Source: Candidatus Omnitrophota bacterium (GTDB lineage: Bacteria; Omnitrophota; Gorgyraeia; Zapsychrales; Fredricksoniimonadaceae). Taken from it: a stretch of DNA of 64,000 nt. Position numbers and translations under genes: made by a program. Shown piece after piece: positions 1 through 11,100 of this stretch. The stretch's first letter is position 1; each line of letters starts with the position of its first letter. The notes under the pieces were generated by a model, which saw only the letters and a program-made list of their open reading frames with translations, was not told the DNA's origin and did not search any database. The stretch covers positions 89,852-153,851 of the forward strand of contig CAJARJ010000016.1 in the NCBI GenBank assembly GCA_903944345.1. The letters run 5' to 3'.

Positions 1-2
1 TG

Positions 3-152
3 AAATTGGAAGATGATGTGGAAGCGCTTGTTTATTCCTCAGAGATCGATAAAGAGGAAGCGGCTAAACTCAAGCCCGCCGACAAGTTGCGTGTTAAGGT
101 CATCAAGGTCGACGTTGACCAGATGAAGATCGGCGTTAGCGCCCGGATCTAA
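3..152 (+). CDS. S1 RNA-binding domain protein, C-terminal fragment (possibly 30S ribosomal protein S1); 5' end outside window
   Basis: Frame-3 ORF ending TAA 150-152; tail ...GDKLRVKVIKVDVDQMKIGVSARI resembles the last beta-strands of an S1 domain. Confidence 0.45.
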   Translation, partial: KLEDDVEALVYSSEIDKEEAAKLKPADKLRVKVIKVDVDQMKIGVSARI

Positions 153-231
153 AGTTGAAGCCAAAGGGTTAGAGTCAGCAGGTATCTGAGAAGTTATCCA
201 GAGCTTGCCGGCTCTAACCCTTATCTCTTTT

Positions 232-1395
232 ATGGATACAAAAACAGCCCTTTCTATTCTTACTCGCGGAGCAGTCGAGATTATTTCTGTCGAGCTTCTG
301 CAAAAGAAGCTGGAAGAGGCTCGTCAGGCATCCCGCCCCTTGGTGATCAAGGCCGGATTTGATCCGACTGCGCCGGATATGCATCTGGGGCATATGGTTT
401 TGTTGCGCAAGATGCGGCAGTTTCAGGATCTTGGTCATAAGGTTGTTTTTCTGATAGGAGATTTTACTGCTCAGGTTGGCGACCCCACTGGTCGTAATGA
501 ATTACGAAAGAAGATGTCCCGGGCAGATGTTGATGTTAATGCAGCTACGTACAGAGACCAGGTTTTCAAGGTTCTGGACTCTTCCCGTACGGAAGTTGTT
601 TTTAATAGCCGTTGGCTTGCTTCTTTGTCTGCCCAAGAGATGATGGAGCTAAGTGCGCGTTCCACGGTGGCCCAAATGCTGGCCAGGGCAGATTTTAAAA
701 AGCGTTTTGAAGATGGGCGTGAAATAAGCCTGCTGGAATTTTTCTATCCTTTGTTACAAGGCTATGATTCAGCCTATCTTAAAGCTGATGTTGAATTAGG
801 CGGGACTGACCAGAAATTTAATCTTCTGATGGGGCGTCAAATCCAGGAGTCAATGGGGCAGTCCCCCCAGGTTGTAATTATGACTCCTTTACTGGAAGGT
901 CTCGACGGGGTGCAGAAAATGTCAAAATCTCTGGGAAATTGTATCGGTATCAACGAGCCTCCCAGGGATCAGTTTGGCAAAATCATGTCTATTAGTGACG
1001 GGCAGATGCTTCGTTTTTATGAGCTTCTGACTGAAGAGAGTCTTGATGTGGTCCGACAGAAGCATCCCAAGGCGGCCAAGATGGATCTTGCTGAGAATCT
1101 TGTTGGACAGTTTCACGGCGTGATTGCGGGACGGGAGGCCAGAGAAAATTTCGAGCGGGTTTTTTCTCAGGAGCAAATTCCTGATGATGCGCAGGTCTTT
1201 CGTCTGTCGCAAGATGGTTCCGGTTTGCTGGTTGATATCTTGGTTGGATCCGGTGCCGCACCTTCGAAGAATGAGGCGCGTCGTCTGATTCGTCAGAATG
1301 CTGTGACTCTCTCCGGGGTAGTGCTCGGCGAGGATTGGAAGCCTGAAGTTGGTGTGTTAAAAATCGGCAAGCGCCGTTTTGTCCGGCTGATCTGA
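232..1395 (+). CDS. tyrS: Tyrosine--tRNA ligase (type 2, C-terminal S4-like domain)
   Basis: HIGH motif (DMHLGHMV), KMSKS motif (KMSKSLGN), conserved GDFTAQVGDP; ORF track starts at TTG 205 but ATG 232 (MDTKTALSIL...) fits type-2 TyrRS N-termini better. Confidence 0.9.
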   Translation: MDTKTALSILTRGAVEIISVELLQKKLEEARQASRPLVIKAGFDPTAPDMHLGHMVLLRKMRQFQDLGHKVVFLIGDFTAQVGDPTGRNELRKKMSRADVDVNAATYRDQVFKVLDSSRTEVVFNSRWLASLSAQEMMELSARSTVAQMLARADFKKRFEDGREISLLEFFYPLLQGYDSAYLKADVELGGTDQKFNLLMGRQIQESMGQSPQVVIMTPLLEGLDGVQKMSKSLGNCIGINEPPRDQFGKIMSISDGQMLRFYELLTEESLDVVRQKHPKAAKMDLAENLVGQFHGVIAGREARENFERVFSQEQIPDDAQVFRLSQDGSGLLVDILVGSGAAPSKNEARRLIRQNAVTLSGVVLGEDWKPEVGVLKIGKRRFVRLI

Positions 1396-1436
1396 GTTCG
1401 GCTGGACATTATATTTCTCCGTTTCTTTAAAAGAGC

Positions 1437-1465
1437 TTGACATTAACACATCCTTTGGGTATACT
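1437..1465 (+). promoter_or_regulatory. Sigma70-type promoter: TTGACA, 17-nt spacer, TATACT, upstream of tRNA-Thr
   Basis: Near-consensus -35 (1437-1442) and -10 (1460-1465) with 17-nt spacer; predicted TSS about 10 nt before tRNA 5' end. Confidence 0.6.
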
Positions 1466-1481
1466 TTTACTTCCTTTGTGT

Positions 1482-1554
1482 GCCCTTGTAGCTCAGTTGG
1501 TAGAGCACGTCCTTGGTAAGGACGAGGTCACCGGTTCGATCCCGGTCGAGGGCT
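1482..1554 (+). tRNA. tRNA-Thr (anticodon GGU)
   Basis: Cloverleaf readable: acceptor gcccttg/cgagggc, D-arm agctcagttggtagagc, anticodon stem cgtcc/ggacg with loop ttGGTaa, T-arm ggttcgatcc. Confidence 0.9.
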
Positions 1555-1583
1555 TATGTTTTGAGTGGAAAGAGCCAATATAT

Positions 1584-1736
1584 ATGCGTGAAATCATTCA
1601 TTTTCAGTGCACCGAATGCAGTCGGATTAATTATTCTGGCACCAAAGACAAAAAGAAGAAGCCCGAGCGTATCGAGCTCAAGAAGTATTGTCCTTCTGAG
1701 AGAAAGCATACGACTCACAAGGAAACCAAGAAATAA
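1584..1736 (+). CDS. rpmG: 50S ribosomal protein L33 (zinc-ribbon type)
   Basis: 50-aa product MREIIHFQCTECSRINYSGTKDKKKKPERIELKKYCPSERKHTTHKETKK matches the C4-type L33 pattern; the ORF-track entries 1437..1736 and 1513..1740 are over-extensions that run through the tRNA. Confidence 0.85.
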   Translation: MREIIHFQCTECSRINYSGTKDKKKKPERIELKKYCPSERKHTTHKETKK

Positions 1737-1738
1737 TT

Positions 1739-1812
1739 AGGCCAGTAGCTCTAACTGGTAGAGCGACGGTCTCCAAAACCGCAGGTTGCAGGTTCGAATC
1801 CTGCCTGGCCTG
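1739..1812 (+). tRNA. tRNA-Trp (anticodon CCA)
   Basis: Acceptor aggccag/ctggcct, anticodon stem-loop cggt-ctCCAaa-accg, T-arm gcaggttcgaatcctgc; same position (before secE) as in many bacteria. Confidence 0.9.
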
Positions 1813-1822
1813 TGAATTTGAC

Positions 1823-2008
1823 ATGATCCTAAAAATAAAAACTTTTATCGAAGAAGTTATCGCTGAAATGAAGAAAGTTAGCTGGACTTCCCGAAAGGAT
1901 CTGGTTAATTCTACCTTTGTCGTGATCATCAGCGCACTTTGCTTGGGAGTTTTTATAACTTTAGTGGATCTGGTTCTTTCAAGAAGCATCAATCTGATTA
2001 TTAGGTAA
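1823..2008 (+). CDS. secE: Preprotein translocase subunit SecE
   Basis: 61-aa single-TM protein directly upstream of nusG; conserved position and size. Confidence 0.85.
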   Translation: MILKIKTFIEEVIAEMKKVSWTSRKDLVNSTFVVIISALCLGVFITLVDLVLSRSINLIIR

Positions 2009-2014
2009 ATAAAT

Positions 2015-2539
2015 ATGGACTGGTATGTTATTCACACTCAAACCGGGGCCGAAGAGCGTGCCAGGGCCGGCATTGAACGACGCATCCAAACTACTGAATT
2101 GAAAAATTTTGTAGAAGAAATTATTGTTCCGACTGAACAGGTTTCAGAGGTGCGTGGGGGCAAAAAACGTATCACTGCCCGCAAATTTTTTCCTGGTTAT
2201 ATTCTTATCAAAATGAATATGACCAAGGAAAGTTGGTATTTGATTAAAACCACTCCGGGTGTCACCAGTTTTATCGGTCCTGGTCGACAGCCCCAGAAGC
2301 TTTCTGATGCGGAAGTTAATACTATCCTTAAGAGAACAGTAGATACTGAGTCCAAACCGTCACCAAAGATTGTTTTTGACGTGAACGAGCCGGTGCGAAT
2401 TACCCAGGGGCCGTTTGCGAATTTTAACGGTGCAGTGACTGAGGTTGTTCCCGAGCGCGGGAAGCTTAAAGTAAGCGTGCCTGTCTTTGGTCGTGCTACC
2501 CAAGTGGAGCTTGAGTACTGGCAGGTTGAGAAAATCTAA
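2015..2539 (+). CDS. nusG: Transcription termination/antitermination factor NusG
   Basis: NGN domain (MDWYVIHTQTGAEERA...) and C-terminal KOW region; conserved secE-nusG-rplK order. Confidence 0.93.
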   Translation: MDWYVIHTQTGAEERARAGIERRIQTTELKNFVEEIIVPTEQVSEVRGGKKRITARKFFPGYILIKMNMTKESWYLIKTTPGVTSFIGPGRQPQKLSDAEVNTILKRTVDTESKPSPKIVFDVNEPVRITQGPFANFNGAVTEVVPERGKLKVSVPVFGRATQVELEYWQVEKI

Positions 2540-2559
2540 CATTTATCCCGGAAAAGATT

Positions 2560-2985
2560 ATGGCAAAAGAGTTAATCGCGAAAGTTAATCTTTACGTTAC
2601 GGCAGGACAGGCAAACCCTGCGCCGCCGGTTGGTCCCGCGCTTGGTCAGCACGGCGTTAATATCATGGACTTTTGCAAGAAGTTCAATGAGCAGACCAAG
2701 GGGCGTGATCCGATGCCTCTGCCTGTCATCATAGATATTTTCAAAGACAAATCTTTTACCTTTGTCATTAAGACTCCGCCAAGCTCGGCCTTATTGAAAA
2801 AAACTGCAAAGCTTGCCAAGGCATCTGGCTTAGCAGGAAAAGAGACATTGGCGACGCTTACTCGTGCGCAGGTTGAGGAAGTGGCGAAGCAGAAGATGGA
2901 AGATCTCAATACGGCAGATCTTGAGCAGGCGATCAGGATCGTCAAAGGTACTGCCAGAAGCATGGGTATTGTAATAAAGGATTAA
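2560..2985 (+). CDS. rplK: 50S ribosomal protein L11
   Basis: Conserved N-terminus PPVGPALGQHGVNIMDFCKKFN. Confidence 0.96.
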   Translation: MAKELIAKVNLYVTAGQANPAPPVGPALGQHGVNIMDFCKKFNEQTKGRDPMPLPVIIDIFKDKSFTFVIKTPPSSALLKKTAKLAKASGLAGKETLATLTRAQVEEVAKQKMEDLNTADLEQAIRIVKGTARSMGIVIKD

Positions 2986-2986
2986 C

Positions 2987-3670
2987 ATGTCTACGAAAGT
3001 CTCTAAAAGGATAAAAAGCGTTTACAAGAATATTGATGCTTCCAAGAGTTATCCGCTTAAAGAAGCTATCGATCTCTTGCAGCAGACGCCGAAGGTCAAA
3101 TTTGATGAAACTGCAGAATTGCATTTTCATTTAGGTATCGACGTCAAAGCTTCCGATCAGAACGTTCGTGGAACAGTAGTTCTTACGCACGGGACGGGGC
3201 GTACTGTTAAGGTTGCTGTAGTATGCCAAGGTGAGAATGTTGCCAAAGCAAAAGCAGCCGGAGCGGATATTGTTGGATCTGCTGACCTGATTCAAAAGAT
3301 TGAGCAAGGATATCTGGAGTTCGATTGCCTCATCGCCACTCCGGATATGATGAAAGACCTGAGTAAGTTGGGGAAGGTGCTTGGTCCACGCGGATTAATG
3401 CCTTCGCCTAAGGCCGGTACGGTCACGGCTGATGTTGAGCGCGCTCTCAGGGAGGTCAAAGCTGGCCGGGTTGAATTTAAGAATGACAAGCAGGGCGGCA
3501 TTCATCTCGGAGTAGGCAAGCGCTCGTTTTCATCCGAGAAGCTGCTGGATAACGCCATGCAAATAATTGAGGCGGTGTCTCATGCCAAGCCGTCTTCAGT
3601 CAAGGGCGTTTTCATAAAGAGTGTCTATTTGTCCTCAACAATGGGGGCTGGGATAAAGGTGGCGTTATGA
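2987..3670 (+). CDS. rplA: 50S ribosomal protein L1
   Basis: L1 family similarity and position after rplK. Confidence 0.95.
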   Translation: MSTKVSKRIKSVYKNIDASKSYPLKEAIDLLQQTPKVKFDETAELHFHLGIDVKASDQNVRGTVVLTHGTGRTVKVAVVCQGENVAKAKAAGADIVGSADLIQKIEQGYLEFDCLIATPDMMKDLSKLGKVLGPRGLMPSPKAGTVTADVERALREVKAGRVEFKNDKQGGIHLGVGKRSFSSEKLLDNAMQIIEAVSHAKPSSVKGVFIKSVYLSSTMGAGIKVAL

Positions 3671-4194
3671 AAATCGGTCGTTTATGTAAAGAAAAAGTTG
3701 TTGAAACGATCAAGAAAGGTGTCTCAACCAAAAATAGCGCTTTTGTAGTTAATTATCGCAATATTTCTTCCGGGGCGATATCCGGATTGCGTAAAAAGCT
3801 GCAAGGTTCCAAAGCGAAGATGTATCTTTCCCGTACTACGATTGCCAAAATTGCTCTTAAAGATTCGGGGCTTTCATTTTTGACGGAGAATTTGGAAGGG
3901 CATACGGCTTTTGTTTGGAGTGATACAGATCCGGTTCAGGTTTCCAAGGTGCTGGTGGGTTTTGCAGAAAAAAATGAGGCATTTGTTGTTCGCGGCGGGC
4001 TTGTTGATGGTGGACATCTCAAACAGGCAGATGTCAAGCGTTTGTCTGAGCTCCCGGCGAAAGAAGTCTTGGTGGCGCAGTTGCTCGGTACTTTGCAGGC
4101 ACCTGTCACTCGTTTGGCAAGGGTATTAAACGGAAAAACAACAGAACTTATTCTGATTTTGAAACAATTAAGTGAGAAAAAGGGAGGGAATTAA
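3667..4194 (+). CDS. rplJ: 50S ribosomal protein L10
   Basis: L10 family; overlaps rplA stop by 4 nt; precedes rplL. Confidence 0.93.
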   Translation: MKIGRLCKEKVVETIKKGVSTKNSAFVVNYRNISSGAISGLRKKLQGSKAKMYLSRTTIAKIALKDSGLSFLTENLEGHTAFVWSDTDPVQVSKVLVGFAEKNEAFVVRGGLVDGGHLKQADVKRLSELPAKEVLVAQLLGTLQAPVTRLARVLNGKTTELILILKQLSEKKGGN

Positions 4195-4195
4195 A

Positions 4196-4594
4196 ATGTC
4201 TGACAATAACAATCTTTCACCCAAGCTCGCCGAGCTTATGACGAGCATTGAGTCGCTTACTGCTCTTGAGATTTCTGATCTCGTAAAGGCGCTTGAAGCC
4301 AAGTTCGGTATCACGGCTGCTGCTCCTGTTATGATGGCTGGCGCAGTTGCTGGTGGAGCTGCCGCTGCTCCTGTCGAGGAAAAAACTTCTTTCAAGGTTG
4401 TCCTCAAGGAAGCTGGTGCGAACAAGATCAATGTCATCAAAGAAGTTCGTGCAATAACCAATCTCGGTCTTAAAGAGGCCAAGGATCTGGTTGAGGGTGC
4501 TCCTAAGGCAGTCAAGGAAGATGCCACTAAGGAAGAGGCCGAGGATATCAAAAAGAAGCTTGAAGCTGCCGGCGCCAAAGTCGAGCTTCAATAA
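4196..4594 (+). CDS. rplL: 50S ribosomal protein L7/L12
   Basis: Ala-rich flexible hinge plus conserved C-terminal domain ([12 protein letters not shown]...); ATG 4196 preceded by SD agggaggg; ORF track start 4172 is an over-extension into rplJ. Confidence 0.95.
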   Translation: MSDNNNLSPKLAELMTSIESLTALEISDLVKALEAKFGITAAAPVMMAGAVAGGAAAAPVEEKTSFKVVLKEAGANKINVIKEVRAITNLGLKEAKDLVEGAPKAVKEDATKEEAEDIKKKLEAAGAKVELQ

Positions 4595-4617
4595 AGCGTT
4601 CAATATCGTGATTCTTT

Positions 4618-4648
4618 GTCGGAACGGGAAATATTTTCCCGTTCCGAC
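4618..4648 (+). terminator. Perfect 12-bp hairpin in the rplL-rpoB spacer (candidate attenuator / RNA processing site)
   Basis: gtcggaacggga / tcccgttccgac inverted repeat with 7-nt loop, 24 nt after rplL stop; no strong downstream U-tract, so a partial terminator or processing site as known for this junction in other bacteria. Confidence 0.5.
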
Positions 4649-4680
4649 TAATCCTTTTCAAAAGAGAGAACTCAAGGAAT

Positions 4681-7600
4681 ATGGTAAAAAAGACATTCAA
4701 AGAGTTCAGTAAATTTGTCGACGCGTTCGAACTACCTTCACTCCTCGATATTCAGGTCAAATCTTACGAATCTTTTTTACAGCGCGATCTTGACGCTGAC
4801 AAGAGATCTGATTTGGGTTTGGAGGAGGTCTTCCGTGAAGTTTTTCCTTTGGAGAGCTATGACGGGCAGATTCGTCTGGAATATATCAGTTATGCTTTTG
4901 GCAAGGAGAAATATTCCCGTGCTGAATGCCAGAGAAGGGGGATGACCTATTCTGCCCCTTTGAAGGTCAAGTTGAGGCTGATTACGCCTGTCGATATCAA
5001 GGAGCAGGATGTCTATTTTGGTGATTTTCCTTTAATGACTGAAAATGGAACGTTTATCATTAATGGTGATGAGCGGGTTGTTGTGTCGCAGATTCAGCGG
5101 CCACCGGGAGTTTCTTTCGAGGCAGAACTACACCCTACAGGGAAAACAATTTATCACGGTCGACTTATCCCTTTGAGAGGAGCGTGGTTTGAGGTCAAGT
5201 ATGATCTTAATGACGTTCTGATTGCCTACATTGATCGTCGTCGCAATTTTCCTGCAACCCAGATCTTCCGTATTATGGGACTCACAACCAAGGAAGATAT
5301 GGAGCAGATCTTTGGCGATGATTACAAGAAATTATTGCCAACTTTGGAGAAGGATCATACTGAATCCAAAGAAGATGCGTTGCTCGATTTTTATAAAAAA
5401 ATGCGTCCTACAGAGCCCGCAACGGTAGATGTTGCAGAAGCTCTGTTTTTCCGTTTATTTTTTGACCCCAAACGCTACGACCTGTCCAGAGTCGGTCGGC
5501 ATATTCTGAATCGCAAATTAAGCACGAATATTCCTATGGATAATCGTGTTTTGGATATCGAGACTGTTGTTGCAACTACGAAGTATCTTTTTTCTTTACG
5601 TGAAGGCCGAGGGGATACCGACGATATTGACCATTTGGGCAATCGACGGATCAAAACTGTCGGAGAGTTAATACAAAATCAGGTTAGAATCGGGCTTGCC
5701 CGATTGGAGAGATCAATTAAAGAGCGTTTGGTTGTCATGAGTAATTTCGAGAACCTGACAGCTCATCACTTGATCAATTCGCGCCTTTTTTCCAATCAGA
5801 TTCAGGACTTTTTTGCCCGCAGCCAGCTGTCTCAGTTTGCTGATCAGGTTAACCCGGTAGCAGAAATGACGCACAAGCGTCGTTTGTCAGCTCTTGGGCC
5901 CGGTGGTCTTTCCAGAGAAAGGGCGGGGTTTGAGGTTCGTGACGTCCATCCGACGCACTATGGTCGAGTTTGTCCGATCGAAACCCCCGAAGGTCCGAAT
6001 ATTGGTTTAATTTCATCTTTAACCACGTGTGCTCGCGTTAATGACCTTGGCTTTATAGAAACTCCTTACCGTAAGGTTGAAAACGGTCGTGTTTCCAAAA
6101 AAGTCGAATATTTGACGGCAGATATAGATCAAAACAAGAATGTGGCTCAGGCCAACACTCCGGTCGACAAGGATGGAAATTTCCTGGTCAAGGATATTTC
6201 ATGCCGTTACAAGACTGATTTTCCCAAAGTAGCTCCGCAAGATGTGGACTATATGGATGTTTCGCCCAAGCAGATGGTTTCTGTTGCTACGGCTTTGATT
6301 CCTTTTCTGGAGCATGATGACGCGAATCGTGCCTTGATGGGATCGAACATGCAACGCCAGGCGGTTCCGTTAATGATCACGGACATCCCTTATGTTGGAA
6401 CAGGGATGGAGGAAAAAGTTGCTCGTGATGCTGGCGTTATGATTATTGCCAAGGATGATGGTGTCATTACCAAGGCAGATGCGCTGGAGATCGTAATTGA
6501 TAACAAGCATGTTTACCAGCTTAAAGTTTACCAGAGGTCCAATGCCAACACCTGTTTGCATCAAAAGCCTTTGGTGAAGCCGGGTGACAAAGTTGTTAAA
6601 GGGCAGATCATAGCTGACGGGGTGGCTACTAAAGAAGGAAAGTTGGCTCTTGGACGCAATGCTTTGGTTGCTTTTATGCCCTGGAGAGGCTATAACTTCG
6701 AAGATGCTATTATTATCAGCGAGCGAGTAGTTCGTGAAGACGGATTTACGTCTATTCATATAGAACGTTTTGAGCTTGAATGTCGTGAAACTCGTCTTGG
6801 TAATGAAGAAATTACCAGAGATATTCCCAATGTCGGAGATGAAGCGCTGAAAGATCTTACCGAAGAGGGGATTGTGCGTATTGGTGCAGAGGTTAAAGCT
6901 GGAGATATCCTTGTTGGTAAGGTGACTCCGAAAAGTGAGAAAGAATTATCTCCGGAAGAGCGTTTGTTGCGAGCGATATTTGGAGAGAAAGCTGCAGATG
7001 TTCGGGATACATCGTTAACATTATCGCCCGGGATCAGTGGTGTGGTTGTTAATGTTGAGGTCTTTCAGCGCAATGAGCGCGGTCGCAAGTCAAAAGCGGA
7101 GAAAGCTAAAGAGCAGTTGGAAATCGATAAAGTCAAAGAATACTATCAGCAGGAACTGGAGTTCCTGTCAAATGACAAGAACAAGAAATTAGCCAAAATT
7201 CTCGGTTTAGATGAGAAAAAGGTTGGACTTTTGACCGTAGATGATCTTGAGGAAGATAGCGAAGGCCGTGAGATTCTTGCGGTCTTTAATGCCCGTGCTG
7301 CCGAATTAGTTGAAGAAGAAGAGCGTGAGACAGGGCGCATTCGAAAGGGTGACGAATTACCGGCTGGCGTACTCAAACGGGTTGTTGTCTATGTCGCAAC
7401 CAAGCGTAAGTTGTCGGTTGGCGATAAAATGGCGGGTCGGCATGGTAATAAAGGGATCGTTTCCAGAATTATGCCTGAGGAAGATATGCCCTTCCTTGCT
7501 GATGGAACTCCTGTTGATATTATTTTGAATCCACTGGGTGTTCCTTCTCGTATGAATGTTGGTCAGCTGCTTGAGACTCATTTAGGATGGGCAGCCAAGG

Positions 7601-8133
7601 CTTTGGGCTTTCATGCGGTAACTCCGGTTTTTAACGGGGCGAACGAAGAAGAAATCCGGGAATTGCTCAAGGAAGCAAAGCTGCCTGAAGATGGTAAATC
7701 TGTAGTTTATGACGGACATAGTGGATTGCCGTTCGACCAGAAAATCACCGTTGGGCAGATTTATATGCTTAAGCTTAATCACTTGGTAGACGAGAAGATA
7801 CATGCTCGTTCTATCGGGCCGTATTCGCTGGTAACCCAGCAGCCTCTGGGCGGCAAAGCTCATTTTGGCGGTCAGAGATTCGGTGAAATGGAAGTCTGGG
7901 CGCTTGAAGCTTATGGTGCGGCGTATACTCTTCAGGAAATGCTGACGGTCAAGTCTGATGACGTTGTTGGCCGCAGTCGGATCTATGAAGCTATCGTCAA
8001 GGGAGAACAGGCCTTGGCGCCAGGGATTCCCGAGTCTTTTAACGTTCTGGTTAAAGAGCTTCAAGGCTTGTGTTTGGATATCAGGCTTGAGAAGGCGGAG
8101 ACCGCAGAAGACAAAAAGGGTGATAAAGAATAA
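4681..8133 (+). CDS. rpoB: DNA-directed RNA polymerase subunit beta
   Basis: 1150 aa with conserved Rif-cluster and catalytic regions. Confidence 0.97.
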   Translation: MVKKTFKEFSKFVDAFELPSLLDIQVKSYESFLQRDLDADKRSDLGLEEVFREVFPLESYDGQIRLEYISYAFGKEKYSRAECQRRGMTYSAPLKVKLRLITPVDIKEQDVYFGDFPLMTENGTFIINGDERVVVSQIQRPPGVSFEAELHPTGKTIYHGRLIPLRGAWFEVKYDLNDVLIAYIDRRRNFPATQIFRIMGLTTKEDMEQIFGDDYKKLLPTLEKDHTESKEDALLDFYKKMRPTEPATVDVAEALFFRLFFDPKRYDLSRVGRHILNRKLSTNIPMDNRVLDIETVVATTKYLFSLREGRGDTDDIDHLGNRRIKTVGELIQNQVRIGLARLERSIKERLVVMSNFENLTAHHLINSRLFSNQIQDFFARSQLSQFADQVNPVAEMTHKRRLSALGPGGLSRERAGFEVRDVHPTHYGRVCPIETPEGPNIGLISSLTTCARVNDLGFIETPYRKVENGRVSKKVEYLTADIDQNKNVAQANTPVDKDGNFLVKDISCRYKTDFPKVAPQDVDYMDVSPKQMVSVATALIPFLEHDDANRALMGSNMQRQAVPLMITDIPYVGTGMEEKVARDAGVMIIAKDDGVITKADALEIVIDNKHVYQLKVYQRSNANTCLHQKPLVKPGDKVVKGQIIADGVATKEGKLALGRNALVAFMPWRGYNFEDAIIISERVVREDGFTSIHIERFELECRETRLGNEEITRDIPNVGDEALKDLTEEGIVRIGAEVKAGDILVGKVTPKSEKELSPEERLLRAIFGEKAADVRDTSLTLSPGISGVVVNVEVFQRNERGRKSKAEKAKEQLEIDKVKEYYQQELEFLSNDKNKKLAKILGLDEKKVGLLTVDDLEEDSEGREILAVFNARAAELVEEEERETGRIRKGDELPAGVLKRVVVYVATKRKLSVGDKMAGRHGNKGIVSRIMPEEDMPFLADGTPVDIILNPLGVPSRMNVGQLLETHLGWAAKALGFHAVTPVFNGANEEEIRELLKEAKLPEDGKSVVYDGHSGLPFDQKITVGQIYMLKLNHLVDEKIHARSIGPYSLVTQQPLGGKAHFGGQRFGEMEVWALEAYGAAYTLQEMLTVKSDDVVGRSRIYEAIVKGEQALAPGIPESFNVLVKELQGLCLDIRLEKAETAEDKKGDKE

Positions 8134-11100
8134 TGGATACCAAGATAGATATCTCCAAGCAGGATCGGATAACAATCAGGATCGCTTCTCCGGACACTAT
8201 TAAGTCATGGTCCAATGGTTCGGTCAAAAAAGCGGAGACTTTAAATTATCGGACACTTAAACCGGAGAAGGATGGACTTTTCTGTGAAAAGATTTTCGGT
8301 CCGGTGCGTGATTGGGAATGCAACTGCGGAAAGTACAAGGGCATTAAATTCAAGGGGATTACTTGTGACCGTTGCGGAGTTCTGGTTACTCGCTCTTCAG
8401 TGCGTCGTGAGAGAATGGGGCATATTGATCTTGCTTGTCCCGTCACTCATATATGGTTCTACAAGGCGGTGCCCAGCCGTTTGGCGGCATTGCTCGGCAT
8501 AGGCCTGCGTGACCTTGAGAAGATTATTTATTACGAAGAATATGTTGTTCTGGATCCAGACAAAACTCCGCTCAAGAAGAAATCTCTTTTGTCTGAGGAC
8601 AAGTATCAGGAAGCCGTTGCCAAGCATGGAGCGGGATTCAGGGCAAAGATTGGAGCCGAGGCTATACGCGATCTTTTACGAGAGATCGATATGGATGCGT
8701 TGGCCAAAAAGCTTCGTAAGGATCTGGAGAAATCCAATCCGAGCGGCACTAATTACAAGAAAGTTTTGAAAACTCTCAAAATCGTTGAAGATTTCAAGTT
8801 ATCAGGAAATCTTGCTGAATGGATGATTCTTGATATCCTTCCGGTTATTCCTCCTGATCTGCGCCCGCTGGTTCCTTTGGAAGGCGGTCGATTTGCCACT
8901 TCAGATCTCAATGATCTTTATCGTCGGGTCATTAACAGAAATAATCGTCTGAAAAAGCTGATTGATTTAAATGCCCCCGAGATTATTATACGCAACGAGA
9001 AGCGTATGCTTCAGGAGGCTGTCGACGCATTGCTTGATAACGGTCGTCATGGCCGTCCAGTTCTTGGATCTGGCAATCGTCCTTTGAAGTCTTTGTCGGA
9101 TATGCTCAAAGGCAAGCAGGGTCGTTTCCGTATGAACCTGCTTGGAAAACGTGTTGACTATTCCGGACGATCAGTTATTGTTGTCGGCCCTGAACTCAAG
9201 CTTTATCAGTGCGGGCTGCCCAAGAAGATGGCTCTTGAGTTGTTTGAACCGTTTATTATCCGCAAGCTCAGAGAGCGCGGGTTTGTTCATACGATCAAAG
9301 GCGCCAAGCGGATGGTTGAGCGTGCCAATGTTGAGGTTTGGGATATTCTTGATGAAGTCATTAAAGATCATCCGATTATGCTCAACCGAGCGCCGACTTT
9401 GCACCGTTTGTCGATCCAGGCTTTTCAGCCGGTTCTGATTGAGGGGAAAGCTATTACCCTGCATCCGTTAGTATGTACGGCCTTTAATGCCGACTTTGAC
9501 GGTGACCAGATGGCAGTACATATTCCTTTGTCTATTGAGGCTCAGACAGAATGTCGCTTGCAGATGCTTTCGGCAAATAATCTGTTCTCACCGGCTGACG
9601 GGCGCCCGATTGTTTCACCGACACAAGATATTGTTCTTGGCCTTTATTATTTGACCAAAGAACGTCCGGCAGTTGAACATGCCAGCAAGATCTTTTCGAA
9701 TCGTAGTGAAGTTATAGTTGCTTATAATGACGGATTGGTGGACTTGCATTTGGGTATTCGTGTTCGGCTGGACATACCCTTGTGGGGTGAGGACAAGTCC
9801 TCGACTATTATTAAAACAGAGCAAATTGGAAATTCAGAAAAATTTGTGCAGGTTCCGGATGCCGGAAAAACAAAAATTTCTGAAACGACGGTTGGACGTG
9901 TTCTTTTTAATGAGATAGTCAATCCCGCCTTAGGCTTTGTTAACGTCACTCTCGACAAGAAGCGAATCGGAGCGGTCATTGCTGATTGTTATAAAAAGCT
10001 CGGACACAATGAGACTGTTCAGTTTCTTGATCGGGTTAAACAATTAGGCTTCCGTCATGCAACCTTGGCAGGAATCTCGATTGCGATGTCTGATTTGATG
10101 CAGCCAAAGGACAAAGAAGCGGTTATTAATGGCGCCAAGCTCGATGCACGTAAGGTCGAGGATCAATACCATAAAGGTGTTATTACCGGTCGTGAACGTT
10201 ATAACAAGGTCATCGATATTTGGACACACACCACTGAGGTTATTTCAGAATTGGTGTTCAAAAAGATGGATCCGTTCAATCCTGTTTACATCATGGCGGA
10301 TTCTGGCGCTCGTGGATCCAAACTGCAAATTCGTCAGTTATCAGGTATGAGAGGGTTGATGGCCAAACCTTCCGGTGAAATCATTGAGAACCCCATCACA
10401 GCCAGTTTCCGTGAAGGGTTGACAGTTTTGGAATATTTTATCTCCACTCATGGTGCGCGTAAGGGGTTGGCCGATACAGCGCTTAAGACAGCGGATGCCG
10501 GATACCTGACTCGTCGTCTGGTTGACGTTGCCCAAGAGATGGTTGTTACAGAAGAAGATTGCGGAACTTTAAATGGAGTTGCCGTATCAGCGATTATTGA
10601 GGGAGATGACGTTGTCGTTTCCTTGAAGGAAAGAATTATTGGTCGCGTCGCGCTGGACACTATAGTCGATGTGGTCACTGATCAGAAGATTGTATCCTCC
10701 GGTGAGGAAATTAACGAGGAGAAGGCTGAACTTATCGAGCAGCTCGGTATTGAACGAGTGCGCATCAGGACAGTTCTGACCTGTGAGGCTCAGCGCGGTA
10801 TTTGCGTGAAGTGTTATGGTCGTAATTTGGCCTCACATCGATTGGCCGAGATGGGTGAGGCGGTCGGTGTTATTGCTGCCCAATCCATCGGCGAACCGGG
10901 AACGCAGTTGACCATGAGAACCTTCCACATCGGCGGAACGGCGAGCGGATCTGTTCAGCAGGCGAATTTGAAGTCCAAGAACAAGGGGTTATTGAAGTAT
11001 CATCAGCTCCGTGTTGTCGAGAAGGGCAAAGAGTTTATTGTTCTTAATCGTAACGGCGCTGTTTCGATCAATAACGAGTATGGCCGTGAGCTGGAGCGTT

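Noticed and set aside
153-231. Possible T-box riboswitch upstream of tyrS
   Set aside because: The spacer is about 80 nt, far shorter than a T-box leader (around 250-300 nt), and no specifier-loop or T-box consensus is recognisable.
1437-1740. ORF-track entries 1437..1736 (99 aa) and 1513..1740 (75 aa)
   Set aside because: They read through tRNA-Thr. The real gene is the 50-aa rpmG starting at ATG 1584.
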